Below the pieces are notes generated by a model. It saw only the letters and a list, made by a program, of their open reading frames with translations. It did not search any database and was not told where the DNA came from. Shown in pieces: positions 55,683-64,000 of a DNA stretch of 64,000 bases (the stretch's first letter is position 1; each line of letters opens with the position of its first letter). The translations under genes were made by a program, and so were the position numbers. The DNA lies in IMG/VR virus record IMGVR_UViG_3300027852_000032, positions 72,910-136,909 of that record. One strand, 5' to 3'. The stretch comes from a virus (taxonomy: Duplodnaviria > Caudoviricetes).

Positions 55683-56263
55683 TCAAAAACCCTCATGATG
55701 GCTAAACATATTGCTCTAGCCATTCTTTTTTGATTTTCAATTTTAGTTAAAAATTTTAATTGCTCAGGGTTACTCATAAATTCGCATTCAATTAAAATTG
55801 AAGGTATTTTATACGTTTCCCTCAATACATAAAAATTTGATTTACGAGTATCTCTCGACCTATGCATCGGGAAAAAAATCTTCAGCTTTCTTCCAACCTC
55901 TTCACTTAAATCGAAATCACTAAGGCTCGGAACAGGGGGGATATGAACCGTCATCCCTTCCGTTGTTTTTGAATGCCAAGCATCGCAATGAATAGAGATA
56001 AAAGCATCAGCGCGATAAGCTTTTGCAATTTGGACTCTTTTTTCTAACGAAACATCTTCGTCTTTTTCCCTTGTTAAGAAAGCGTCAAAATCACGAAGTA
56101 GAAGTTCGTATTGAAGAAAAGAACTAATAGATAAATTAAACTCGTCTTCCGCCCTCCCCCCGTATTTCGCCCCGTTATCTTCTCCCCCGTGTCCAGGATC
56201 AATCACTATTAACTTTTTCATTTCTTTTTTCCTTTTTTCGCCTGTCATATATCTCAAAGGCAT
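55679..56263 (-). CDS. Endolysin, N-acetylmuramoyl-L-alanine amidase (Amidase_3)
   Basis: IDPGHGG.D.GA, E...N, LTRE.D, L..R, FISIHCDA, FYVLR, PSILIECEFMSN. Confidence 0.95.
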   Translation of the reverse strand: MPLRYMTGEKRKKEMKKLIVIDPGHGGEDNGAKYGGRAEDEFNLSISSFLQYELLLRDFDAFLTREKDEDVSLEKRVQIAKAYRADAFISIHCDAWHSKTTEGMTVHIPPVPSLSDFDLSEEVGRKLKIFFPMHRSRDTRKSNFYVLRETYKIPSILIECEFMSNPEQLKFLTKIENQKRMARAICLAIMRVFE

Positions 56264-56411
56264 GCGGGATGGTTATAAAGAAAAATGTTACAATAACAAT
56301 AAATAAAGCAAAGAGATTTGTTAACCCTTCGCAAGTGTGAGGGAGTTTATCGTAAATCATCCCCGACCCCCCAATTAAATATCCCCAAATCTCCCTCCAC
56401 TCAAAGCCCAT
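56199..56411 (-). CDS. Putative holin
   Basis: 70 aa, transmembrane segment plus basic C-tail, overlaps the endolysin start. Confidence 0.55.
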   Translation of the reverse strand: MGFEWREIWGYLIGGSGMIYDKLPHTCEGLTNLFALFIVIVTFFFITIPHAFEIYDRRKKEKRNEKVNSD

Positions 56412-56444
56412 TAGACCCCTCCTTTTTAATGTAACGGAAAGTTT

Positions 56445-56729
56445 TTATTCAAATTTTTTATAAATTTCAAAATAAACGGTTTCTCCTAACCCAGACCACC
56501 CAGGAAGGGCTACTTTCGCTTGCAAAGCATATCGGCCTTTTTCGGAAAAATCGTCAACTTTAGTAACATAACGAAGGTAATTGGTACCTTGTATATTTGC
56601 ATCCCATGTCTCTTCGATTCCGCTTGGTTTAAGAACAATAAGGCTTCTAGATGTGGCAGTTGAAATATCGCAGCCACAATCAACATCGATTATGGTCCCT
56701 ACCTCGTTTTCATAATGTTTCCCAGACAT
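56445..56729 (-). CDS. Hypothetical virion protein (BppU-N-like beta sandwich)
   Basis: GT.I....G.DIS.A, KPSG, LRY.T...DF...G.Y..Q. Confidence 0.6.
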   Translation of the reverse strand: MSGKHYENEVGTIIDVDCGCDISTATSRSLIVLKPSGIEETWDANIQGTNYLRYVTKVDDFSEKGRYALQAKVALPGWSGLGETVYFEIYKKFE

Positions 56730-56905
56730 TACACCTCCTCTAATTCCAATAAGGATATTGTATTTATAGACGTATTAAGTACAGATGCAATATCGACATT
56801 CTGCTTGACTAAACTTTTTAAATTTATATTGTTCGGTACCTCGCTAATAATGATAGAGGATGTGTAAATTTCTGATTTCAAATTTAGATATTCATAATCA
56901 GGCAT
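56729..56905 (-). CDS. Small hypothetical protein, 58 aa (not in ORF track)
   Basis: MPDYEYLNLKSEI...LELEEV*; TAATG overlap with the next gene; GAGG RBS. Confidence 0.55.
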   Translation of the reverse strand: MPDYEYLNLKSEIYTSSIIISEVPNNINLKSLVKQNVDIASVLNTSINTISLLELEEV

Positions 56906-56916
56906 ATGACCTCATG

Positions 56917-57183
56917 TTACTTAAAAATTGAAGCTTTCTCTGGCATTAAGCGCCCGCACCGAGCAAATTGCCAGGGCTTCTTTTCGTCTATTTGTATTTG
57001 TTTGTAAAAGTCTATTTCGTTTTCGGCGACTTCGCCAGAATTATAGAAGCCCCATGCAATTTTGTTCAATTTAAAAACCGCTTTTTTATGTTGATAAATC
57101 TCCTCCATCAATTCTTTTATTGGCTTAACTTTACCACTATCAGTTACACATTCATCTAAGCTTGGTATATTGTATTTACTCAA
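56917..57183 (-). CDS. Hypothetical protein
   Basis: 88 aa ORF in operon spacing. Confidence 0.55.
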   Translation of the reverse strand: MSKYNIPSLDECVTDSGKVKPIKELMEEIYQHKKAVFKLNKIAWGFYNSGEVAENEIDFYKQIQIDEKKPWQFARCGRLMPEKASIFK

Positions 57184-57196
57184 ATTAACCCCCCGG

Positions 57197-57337
57197 TTAT
57201 AATTTAGAGTTCAGACTCAAGGTCGTCAGAATAAAAGATTTTAATTTTAAAAATTCCCTTACAATTACCCCGACGAAACCCTTACCTCCTAACCCTTTTG
57301 TTAAAATAGATTTACTCCCTAACCCTTTTGTTATCAA
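57197..57337 (-). CDS. Small hypothetical protein, 46 aa (not in ORF track)
   Basis: TTG start overlapping the upstream stop; MITKGLGSKSILTKGLGGKG...; AGGAGG RBS. Confidence 0.5.
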   Translation of the reverse strand: MITKGLGSKSILTKGLGGKGFVGVIVREFLKLKSFILTTLSLNSKL

Positions 57338-58830
57338 ACCCGCCTCCTTTCAAAAACTTCTACCTCCTCTCCCGCTATATTTCCAGAAGCATCGTACAAA
57401 TTGAATCGGGCAATCTCCGTTGTATTGTCCTCTCTATAAAAAATCATTTCAGTTCCGTCTCTCGCCCATCTGCCCCCTTCAATGTTTTTGATAAAGTTTA
57501 GGGCATACCCCATCGTTCCCTCTGTAGCGCAACATTCAGATGACTCTTCCCAAACTAAATGGGCAGTTGTATCGTTAATCAATGTTACACCTGAAGGGAT
57601 GTCTCCAACCAACTTCGCCTCTCCACCTAAATGAACAGTCCCTGCTGTGTTCGATGGACCCACCGTAACATTTCCCGCGCCGTGCTTAATGAAAATAGCA
57701 TCGGCTGAGGTCATGTTCATAACCTCCACTGATAGATTTGAATCTGCCATCCCTGCTTTTGCGGAACCCTGCATATCGAAAACTACGTTATCGCTTGTTA
57801 ACCCATAACACGCGAAAAACCTTGCCCATTCTGTTTGACTAAACGAAATGTTTCCCTGCAATCCGCACTCTGAAAATACCCCAGCCAGATTTTCCATACC
57901 GTCAATAATACACCTATCAGCGCGGATAGGCTCGGCACAATCCCCTATCAATATCATATTCGAAAAGTCCGAGTTAACAACATGTTGCCCATTCAAGTCC
58001 AAGGTTAAAAGCAAAATGTTATCAGAAACAGCAGTTCCCTCGGAAAAAGATTCCTCGACTATAAAAGTCCCCCTGCCGTTGAATTTTGTGATCCCTTCCC
58101 TCCTCGCGATAGCGAGGGCATCTGGCAAATTATTCGATGGTGTTCCGGCTGTTCCAATTGGGTAGTCGGTCCCGGCCACGCCTGTATGATCATTCACAAA
58201 AATAACATCCCAGAGGATAGACGAAACATCAGAGATAGTGGCACTGGAAGAACTTGATTTTACGACCTGCACATTAGGGGATTGCATGACTGGAGATAGC
58301 TCAGAACCAGTGTCATCTACCGCAACCAAGTTTCCCCCCAAAATATTACACTGCACATTGGGATAGGTCATATAGCGGTCGCCGTCTACCCAATCATCAC
58401 GAGTACCTCCGGACAAAGGAAACATTCTTAACTCCGTTTCTGACACCACTTCTGATACACCTGCCATGGAAACAGAATCCAGATTAAAAACAGTACACCC
58501 CCTGTAAATTTCGTCTGTAAGAAAGCTTCCGGCAGAGGCAACAAGAGTATCACCTTTTACGTTATCAGCAGTACAGAGGCCGACGTCCCCTATTGGTACA
58601 GTTCTGCCGGAAAACATCAACCTGGCGTTCTGCAGGGTAGCTGTAATTCCTACAGTCACACCGCCGCCCAAGTTTTCCTTCCCTGCTGCTGAGATCAATC
58701 TTTCATATGATAAATTATCGTCCTCCCAATCGCGAAGGGTATCAACTATTTCCTGAACACTAATATCTGTGGTCGGAGATAATATTTCAATTATTCTTGG
58801 TGACAGATGTGTGTGAACTTTGATTTGCAT
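57334..58830 (-). CDS. Putative virion structural protein
   Basis: 498 aa, acidic, Gly/Ser/Thr-rich, beta-helix-like middle; late operon. Confidence 0.55.
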   Translation of the reverse strand: MQIKVHTHLSPRIIEILSPTTDISVQEIVDTLRDWEDDNLSYERLISAAGKENLGGGVTVGITATLQNARLMFSGRTVPIGDVGLCTADNVKGDTLVASAGSFLTDEIYRGCTVFNLDSVSMAGVSEVVSETELRMFPLSGGTRDDWVDGDRYMTYPNVQCNILGGNLVAVDDTGSELSPVMQSPNVQVVKSSSSSATISDVSSILWDVIFVNDHTGVAGTDYPIGTAGTPSNNLPDALAIARREGITKFNGRGTFIVEESFSEGTAVSDNILLLTLDLNGQHVVNSDFSNMILIGDCAEPIRADRCIIDGMENLAGVFSECGLQGNISFSQTEWARFFACYGLTSDNVVFDMQGSAKAGMADSNLSVEVMNMTSADAIFIKHGAGNVTVGPSNTAGTVHLGGEAKLVGDIPSGVTLINDTTAHLVWEESSECCATEGTMGYALNFIKNIEGGRWARDGTEMIFYREDNTTEIARFNLYDASGNIAGEEVEVFERRRV

Positions 58831-58972
58831 CTCTTTGCTTATCCTCCAAGTTCCTTACAATTCTCTGGTATTCACGTTTGGTTTCAAGTTCCCCATCGAT
58901 AGCTTTCTCGAACACCTTAATATTATCGTCACATTTCTTAACTACATTTCTCATTGCTTCAAGATCGTACAT
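58787..58972 (-). CDS. Small coiled-coil hypothetical protein
   Basis: 61 aa with AAGGA RBS. Confidence 0.55.
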   Translation of the reverse strand: MYDLEAMRNVVKKCDDNIKVFEKAIDGELETKREYQRIVRNLEDKQRDANQSSHTSVTKNN

Positions 58973-58987
58973 ACTTTTTTATCCTTT

Positions 58988-59021
58988 AGGGTGCAGGGGT
59001 TATACCAGCCCCCGCACCTTT
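58988..59021 (-). terminator. Stem-loop after the 834-aa gene
   Basis: GGTGCAGGGG ... CCCCGCACC. Confidence 0.5.
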
Positions 59022-59024
59022 AGT

Positions 59025-61529
59025 TTATGATTTAATCGTGTCTTCCGTTCTAATTGTCGCGATCGACCTGTCGGACCCACTTGTGGCATCATCGGTTGAG
59101 AATGGGATAATCGGAGTACTGTTTGCAGAATTTCTGACAACAACCCTGAAATAGATAGGGTCAGCGTAAACAATAGACGTACTCGCCTCAGTTGCGACTG
59201 CATGCTGGTCAAGAAGAGGAACGAACACATCGTCTAATGTGTTAATCGCAATCGGGCAACAATTCAACTCAATAGAATCTGTCGAAGTCTGGCCTGCAAT
59301 GGCCGGAGATATCTGAATAGTGTCGTCATCGTCAACACTGGTAACATACGATACCTCTGACAGAGTGTGGTTGTAAACCAAATCACCTCGTTTAGCACTC
59401 GCAAATGCGCCTGATTCTACGATGGTATCTGTGTCTGTCCCCGCATCTGCACTGGGCACAACAATGTTCGCCAAGGTAAATGTAGATGTTGACCATGAGT
59501 CATACCGAATCCTATATTCTTTATTGTTATCGGATTCATCCCTGATCCTTAACACACCTCCGGCAGTCTTTCCGGGGACGTCCTGGGCAATAACTGAATC
59601 AACCACCAATGTTGCGTCACCAATAGCCTCGCCACCCGCAGCTGAATACTCAGTCTTGTCAATGCTGCCACCTAACCCAGTAAGTCTGAATATCGTCACT
59701 CTGTCGTCGGTAACTGAGGTCTGATCCACACCTATGAGGTTTGAAACTTCGATTGTAATGGCTGTCGGTCTGGTCTTAGTTCCTCCCTCGATAGGAGTTA
59801 ACTGAAAGGCATTTTCATCTGCCGCTAACCAGTCAGCTAAAAGAACCCCTCTTGCACCGAAAAATGTCCCACCCGCGAAGGTACCAAAAGGGGACTGCTT
59901 CTTCGGGGAGAATGTTACAGCTGCGGTGTCAGGTGTAACCGTACCGCTGTTAGTATTCTCAGTTATAACGCCGGTTGTATTGAATGTTCCTCTAACATTC
60001 CTGAGCAACATAACTTTATCAGTGGCGTCGTATGACTGGATAACTCCTGTTGCCCCGGAACCAGCCTGCGTAACATCTTCGCCTTCCGTAATTGTACCTG
60101 TTACAGTTCCTGACCATTCGAGATAAACTTCCCCACCAATATACTGTTCAGCTTCCAAGCCGTCGGTGTCCGTAGTTACGGTGTTCCCTCTACGAGTTAC
60201 ATATTTTAACCACTCGTAAACCTCAGTCAGAGGGTTCTGGTTGCAATCAATAGTTATGGCGTAATTCTCATCCAAACCGTCATCATCGATATCGTAATTT
60301 ACATGCGTATGACCACCAGCACCGACGGTCGGGGGCGTATTCGCAGTGAACCATGTGCTCAAAGCTGGACCCTGATCAGCAGGAGCGCTTCCGTTCTTTG
60401 TCCCTGTTCCGGTATCATCTTCATTTGTCAATGTTTCAGCTGCGGTCTGAAAATCAGTCTGGGGATCATCAAGCAGATAGTAATGGACAGTTTGAGTTGC
60501 TCCTGGAGTATCTATCTTAGTAATGATTGCGCGGGCGCCAGAAGTATCCCCCAATATCTCATTACCAACAGCCCAATTGCCGGCAGCAGCAGTGAAGGTA
60601 ATACTCTTATATCCAGTGGTATTATCAAGATCAGGAGCGGTCGCCAGCGGAATTGGATTCCTACCACCAGATGTGATAGAATTCGCAGCCTCGTAACTGT
60701 CGTATAGAGTACTGCCCTTTCTTGCAAAAATGGATACATACCCGCCATCAATTATAGGATTATCGGCTTGTGTAAAATCCCTAATGTAAAGGCATCTATC
60801 AATATGTCCATCTCCCCACCAATCCTGCGTATCATCAGCAATTGATACGAGTCTTTCTCTTTCACCATCGGCTACTGCGCCTCGGTAAATATAGATATGA
60901 GTATCCGCCTCAATTGTACCAATAGAGTACAGGTTTGCCCATATTTGCTCACCAGAAGTCGCTGCTGCTGACTGAGCGGCAGTATGAGCATTACAGGTGA
61001 GATTACCGGATGCGCTGTTAAAGTCGTCCGCAAGGGCGTTTGTGTCTGGACGGATCACCAGATAATCTGTTGTGCCCCCAACATCAATCACATCGAGCAA
61101 TGTCCCTGCATCGCCATCGGCGTGAGTGATATCAAGCCCAATATCGTCAGCAACTATATTATTTGTCGCATTAGTAACAGGGGCGACAACAAGCCCTATT
61201 GCACCAGTTCCGTCACCGGGAAGGCTTCTCGTCCATCCAGCGGTCTTTAAAGCGCCACCTGTCATATGCTCCATGCTCTCATATGAGATATACCAAGGAT
61301 TTAGATCCCCTGAGTCAATTGCTCCTACTGTATACTCAACAGGAGTCTGCGCGGACATAGGGACACCGTCATCCATCTGTAAAGAATTGTCAAAATGATC
61401 CTGCAGTGCCGAGTATAACTCATTCATTGTATTCGTACCAGTAGCTGCCCCTGTCCAAACAAGCCGCTTCTGCCTGTTTTCGTCAAGATAGTAAATTGTA
61501 AAATTACCACCCAAAATAGTATCGCTCAT
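59025..61529 (-). CDS. Large putative virion structural/appendage protein
   Basis: 834 aa, very Thr/Asp/Gly-rich; repeated G..SGA.(A/G) motifs; AGGAGG RBS. Confidence 0.6.
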   Translation of the reverse strand: MSDTILGGNFTIYYLDENRQKRLVWTGAATGTNTMNELYSALQDHFDNSLQMDDGVPMSAQTPVEYTVGAIDSGDLNPWYISYESMEHMTGGALKTAGWTRSLPGDGTGAIGLVVAPVTNATNNIVADDIGLDITHADGDAGTLLDVIDVGGTTDYLVIRPDTNALADDFNSASGNLTCNAHTAAQSAAATSGEQIWANLYSIGTIEADTHIYIYRGAVADGERERLVSIADDTQDWWGDGHIDRCLYIRDFTQADNPIIDGGYVSIFARKGSTLYDSYEAANSITSGGRNPIPLATAPDLDNTTGYKSITFTAAAGNWAVGNEILGDTSGARAIITKIDTPGATQTVHYYLLDDPQTDFQTAAETLTNEDDTGTGTKNGSAPADQGPALSTWFTANTPPTVGAGGHTHVNYDIDDDGLDENYAITIDCNQNPLTEVYEWLKYVTRRGNTVTTDTDGLEAEQYIGGEVYLEWSGTVTGTITEGEDVTQAGSGATGVIQSYDATDKVMLLRNVRGTFNTTGVITENTNSGTVTPDTAAVTFSPKKQSPFGTFAGGTFFGARGVLLADWLAADENAFQLTPIEGGTKTRPTAITIEVSNLIGVDQTSVTDDRVTIFRLTGLGGSIDKTEYSAAGGEAIGDATLVVDSVIAQDVPGKTAGGVLRIRDESDNNKEYRIRYDSWSTSTFTLANIVVPSADAGTDTDTIVESGAFASAKRGDLVYNHTLSEVSYVTSVDDDDTIQISPAIAGQTSTDSIELNCCPIAINTLDDVFVPLLDQHAVATEASTSIVYADPIYFRVVVRNSANSTPIIPFSTDDATSGSDRSIATIRTEDTIKS

Positions 61530-61544
61530 GCCGATTCCCTCCTT

Positions 61545-62459
61545 TTAAAGATTCAAATCTTCCGTTAAATTAACAATAATGTTCAATCCATTCGCTGTGA
61601 TCTTTCCGTAAACGGTAACAGGAATATATCTTAAACCCCCTCCTATAACGCTGGATTTTCTTACTCTTATCTCTACATCCAGGTCAGATGTGTGGAGAAA
61701 GACCTCTGTTGCCTTGCCGGACGCCACTTGCTCATTCATATATACTGTATGGGTAACGGCATCTCTTATCTGTACACCTGCAAGATTAACATTGCAGTTG
61801 ACAGTTAAGTGGCAATATGTACCATTCACATCTTTCACCCTTCCGGTGCAATTGCCGCCATTCAAAACTGTAAAATCATTGGTTTTACAGTCGATATACT
61901 GGTTATCTGCTGTGAGCTTACAGTTATTAAGCTCAAGATCATATTCGCAAACAAAGTTTATCCCATCCGTCGTTGAGATAACTTCAAGCACACCCGCCTG
62001 TGGGTTATCAACAGCTTCGACCTGCATATAGTCGTATAATTCGTCAAGCGTATGATTCGAGGTCATTGTTATTTCGCCTGTTGTATGGTTTACGCTTATT
62101 CCCGCATACGCTATGACCGTAGCCTTGGTTGCTTCAGTAATATAGGCATTTTCAGTTAAATAAAAAATACTTATCAACGCTTCCGTAACATCCTGACTTA
62201 TAGTAAACGGTTCTAATCCGTATTTTAAGCATCGGATATCATGCGGATTTCTGGCCGTTGTGGTTGTTGTTGATGTCGTAACCGAATGAGAATTGGCCTC
62301 TACCTTTTGCTGATCTATAACCCCCTGAGCGTCCGTAGTTTGGTTTACTACTGAGGTATCGCTCACATTCAAAGCGTATATTTTTACTCCTGCTTCAACG
62401 CTCCCTCCCTCGTAGGTGGTCACATCCCATGTATATTTTTCTAATACAGTCGCAGCCAT
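61545..62459 (-). CDS. Putative virion protein
   Basis: 304 aa, Thr-rich, TLDELYD motif shared with the next gene's TMNELYS. Confidence 0.55.
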   Translation of the reverse strand: MAATVLEKYTWDVTTYEGGSVEAGVKIYALNVSDTSVVNQTTDAQGVIDQQKVEANSHSVTTSTTTTTARNPHDIRCLKYGLEPFTISQDVTEALISIFYLTENAYITEATKATVIAYAGISVNHTTGEITMTSNHTLDELYDYMQVEAVDNPQAGVLEVISTTDGINFVCEYDLELNNCKLTADNQYIDCKTNDFTVLNGGNCTGRVKDVNGTYCHLTVNCNVNLAGVQIRDAVTHTVYMNEQVASGKATEVFLHTSDLDVEIRVRKSSVIGGGLRYIPVTVYGKITANGLNIIVNLTEDLNL

Positions 62460-63158
62460 TTAAACCTCTATCAGATTAGATTTACATTCATCGCAAAGTA
62501 TCCGATCGAACTTCATTACTTTAGACTGAGCAAAATTTGGAATATCCCATTGTTTCTGCATGTCTGTTACTGTTGTTTCTTTCCGTAAATGGCGGATGTC
62601 TCTTGCTGAATAAGTTTCAGATACACACGAAAACGACCACCTGATCGCCCCGATTAATCCCTCAAGCAAAGCGAAGGCTTCCGTGCCTTCTGTAGTCAGA
62701 TGCCATTCATTTGCAGTAATTTGACCGATGCAATACCGTGTGTAGATCATCGCTTTCTTCTGGTCATCTACAAAGGCATCAATCAGAGTCCCAAATCCTT
62801 CCTTATAATCCATTGTTTTCCACCAGTTATAAGTGCGGATTGGCGCCAATTCACACTTATCGCACAAGGGCTCTTTCAAGATAATAATTCTGCTTTGAAC
62901 AGGAATGATCTCAGCTTTCTTTGCAGCATCCCCCCATCCGTTTTTGGCCACTAATTCTCCTAAATCACGGGTAAAGTTTCGTCCAACTTTTAGGGTATAC
63001 CGTAAATTAGACCCCAAGTTGTTCCAGTCTTGTCTCCAGCTCAAGTCGCTATACTTATCGAGAAAAGCCCTGTTTGCAACGCCTTTTCCTTTTACAGAAC
63101 TCATGAAGGGGACAATATTTTTATAATACGCCACCACTACTTCTCTTAAATTTTCCAT
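62460..63158 (-). CDS. Hypothetical protein with two CxxC motifs
   Basis: LCDKC and LCDEC. Confidence 0.7.
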   Translation of the reverse strand: MENLREVVVAYYKNIVPFMSSVKGKGVANRAFLDKYSDLSWRQDWNNLGSNLRYTLKVGRNFTRDLGELVAKNGWGDAAKKAEIIPVQSRIIILKEPLCDKCELAPIRTYNWWKTMDYKEGFGTLIDAFVDDQKKAMIYTRYCIGQITANEWHLTTEGTEAFALLEGLIGAIRWSFSCVSETYSARDIRHLRKETTVTDMQKQWDIPNFAQSKVMKFDRILCDECKSNLIEV

Positions 63159-63160
63159 AT

Positions 63161-64000
63161 TTACACCTGCAATATTTTATCTTTATCGAAAGTAGAGTTC
63201 ACCAGTGTCACGGTTAAACCGTCATCAACCACTAAGTCATATGTATTGTCTGTGGCAACATAATTCGTCACTTCCATCGTGGCTTTAAAATAAAAACCTC
63301 TTATACAGTTAAAGACCTGAATACCGTCTATAGACTGAGGGGCAACGTAGATGGTACCTATGTAACCATCTCCAGTGGGATCATGGAATTTGCAATCTTT
63401 AATCTTCAGGGTAGAACTCCTGAACTCTATGTTTTCGCATGTGTCAAAGTCGCAATCGATAAGATCAATCTCACCCGCACTACCCGCAGCCAGACCAAAA
63501 AACACATCCTTCCATCTGTAAAATTTTGAAGCGTATGCCAAAAGCTTGTTGGTAAAACTACTTCCACCTTCAACAATAAAATCGGCCATAGGATAATCGG
63601 TATCACCATCAATAGACACATCAGGCGTAACAAGAGAACAGCCATTCATGGCATAACTGCCCTGGGTCTGGACATCTTTTTTCCCAACTCTCAGAGTAGC
63701 ATTATTTTTAACCCGCCAATCGTGTTGAGCAGCTACACTGAACTGATTGTTAAAAACAAAAGTATTCTCCACTGCAAAATAAGTTGCTGTTGTTCCGTCG
63801 CCAAACTGCATTCCGTTCCAAAGCTCAATAAAAACATCTCTCAAACCGATTAAACCGTAACCAGGATCAGTTGATGGATCAGAACCTACAGTATCCCATG
63901 CCGATAAACTCTCAATATCAGCAGGGCTGGCGGATGTACCTGCCGTTACCTGTACCGTATTGCCTGATTTCCACCAGTCAATTGCCAAGTCCGGATCGCC
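63161..64000 (-). CDS. 3' part of second copy of the 283..1650 protein (5' end outside the window)
   Basis: About 7 amino-acid differences over ~275 aa relative to 283..1650. Confidence 0.85.
   Translation of the reverse strand, partial: GDPDLAIDWWKSGNTVQVTAGTSASPADIESLSAWDTVGSDPSTDPGYGLIGLRDVFIELWNGMQFGDGTTATYFAVENTFVFNNQFSVAAQHDWRVKNNATLRVGKKDVQTQGSYAMNGCSLVTPDVSIDGDTDYPMADFIVEGGSSFTNKLLAYASKFYRWKDVFFGLAAGSAGEIDLIDCDFDTCENIEFRSSTLKIKDCKFHDPTGDGYIGTIYVAPQSIDGIQVFNCIRGFYFKATMEVTNYVATDNTYDLVVDDGLTVTLVNSTFDKDKILQV

Noticed and set aside
1-64000. Alternative genetic code
   Set aside because: Conserved genes are full-length and densely packed under the standard code

Overview
The window holds slightly more than one complete, circularly permuted genome (unit length about 62,878 bp) of a tailed dsDNA phage, probably a siphovirus: there is a tail tube and tape measure but no sheath. 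No integrase, CRISPR array, tRNA or reverse transcriptase was recognised. Almost all genes are on the minus strand. Modules in transcription order (right to left): virion appendage genes and lysis (55.3-64 kb); a small plus-strand early block (52.9-55.2 kb); sigma factor, SNF2 helicase, primase, initiator and DnaB (45.5-52.5 kb); a complete 7-deazaguanine (preQ1) DNA-modification pathway (queD, queE, queC, PRTase-folE fusion, queF, dpdA-like) running directly into a bacterial-type replisome (dnaN, dnaE with a C-terminal degenerate UDG-like domain, dnaX); recombination genes (UvsY-like, SSB, RecA, EndoVII, split SbcC with SbcD); packaging and head genes; a four-gene glycosyl/acyl/sulfotransferase cassette between capsid and neck genes; and tail genes. 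The best candidates for undescribed biology are (i) a replisome-coupled deazaguanine system with a PRTase-FolE fusion and a remodelled UDG domain on DnaE, (ii) a putative virion glycosylation-acylation-sulfation cassette, (iii) a three-copy ~100 bp hairpin element bracketing the replication/modification module, (iv) a three-copy promoter architecture with exactly conserved spacing, and (v) a candidate structured RNA at 53.2-53.3 kb. All functional calls come from reading motifs by eye; no searches were run.
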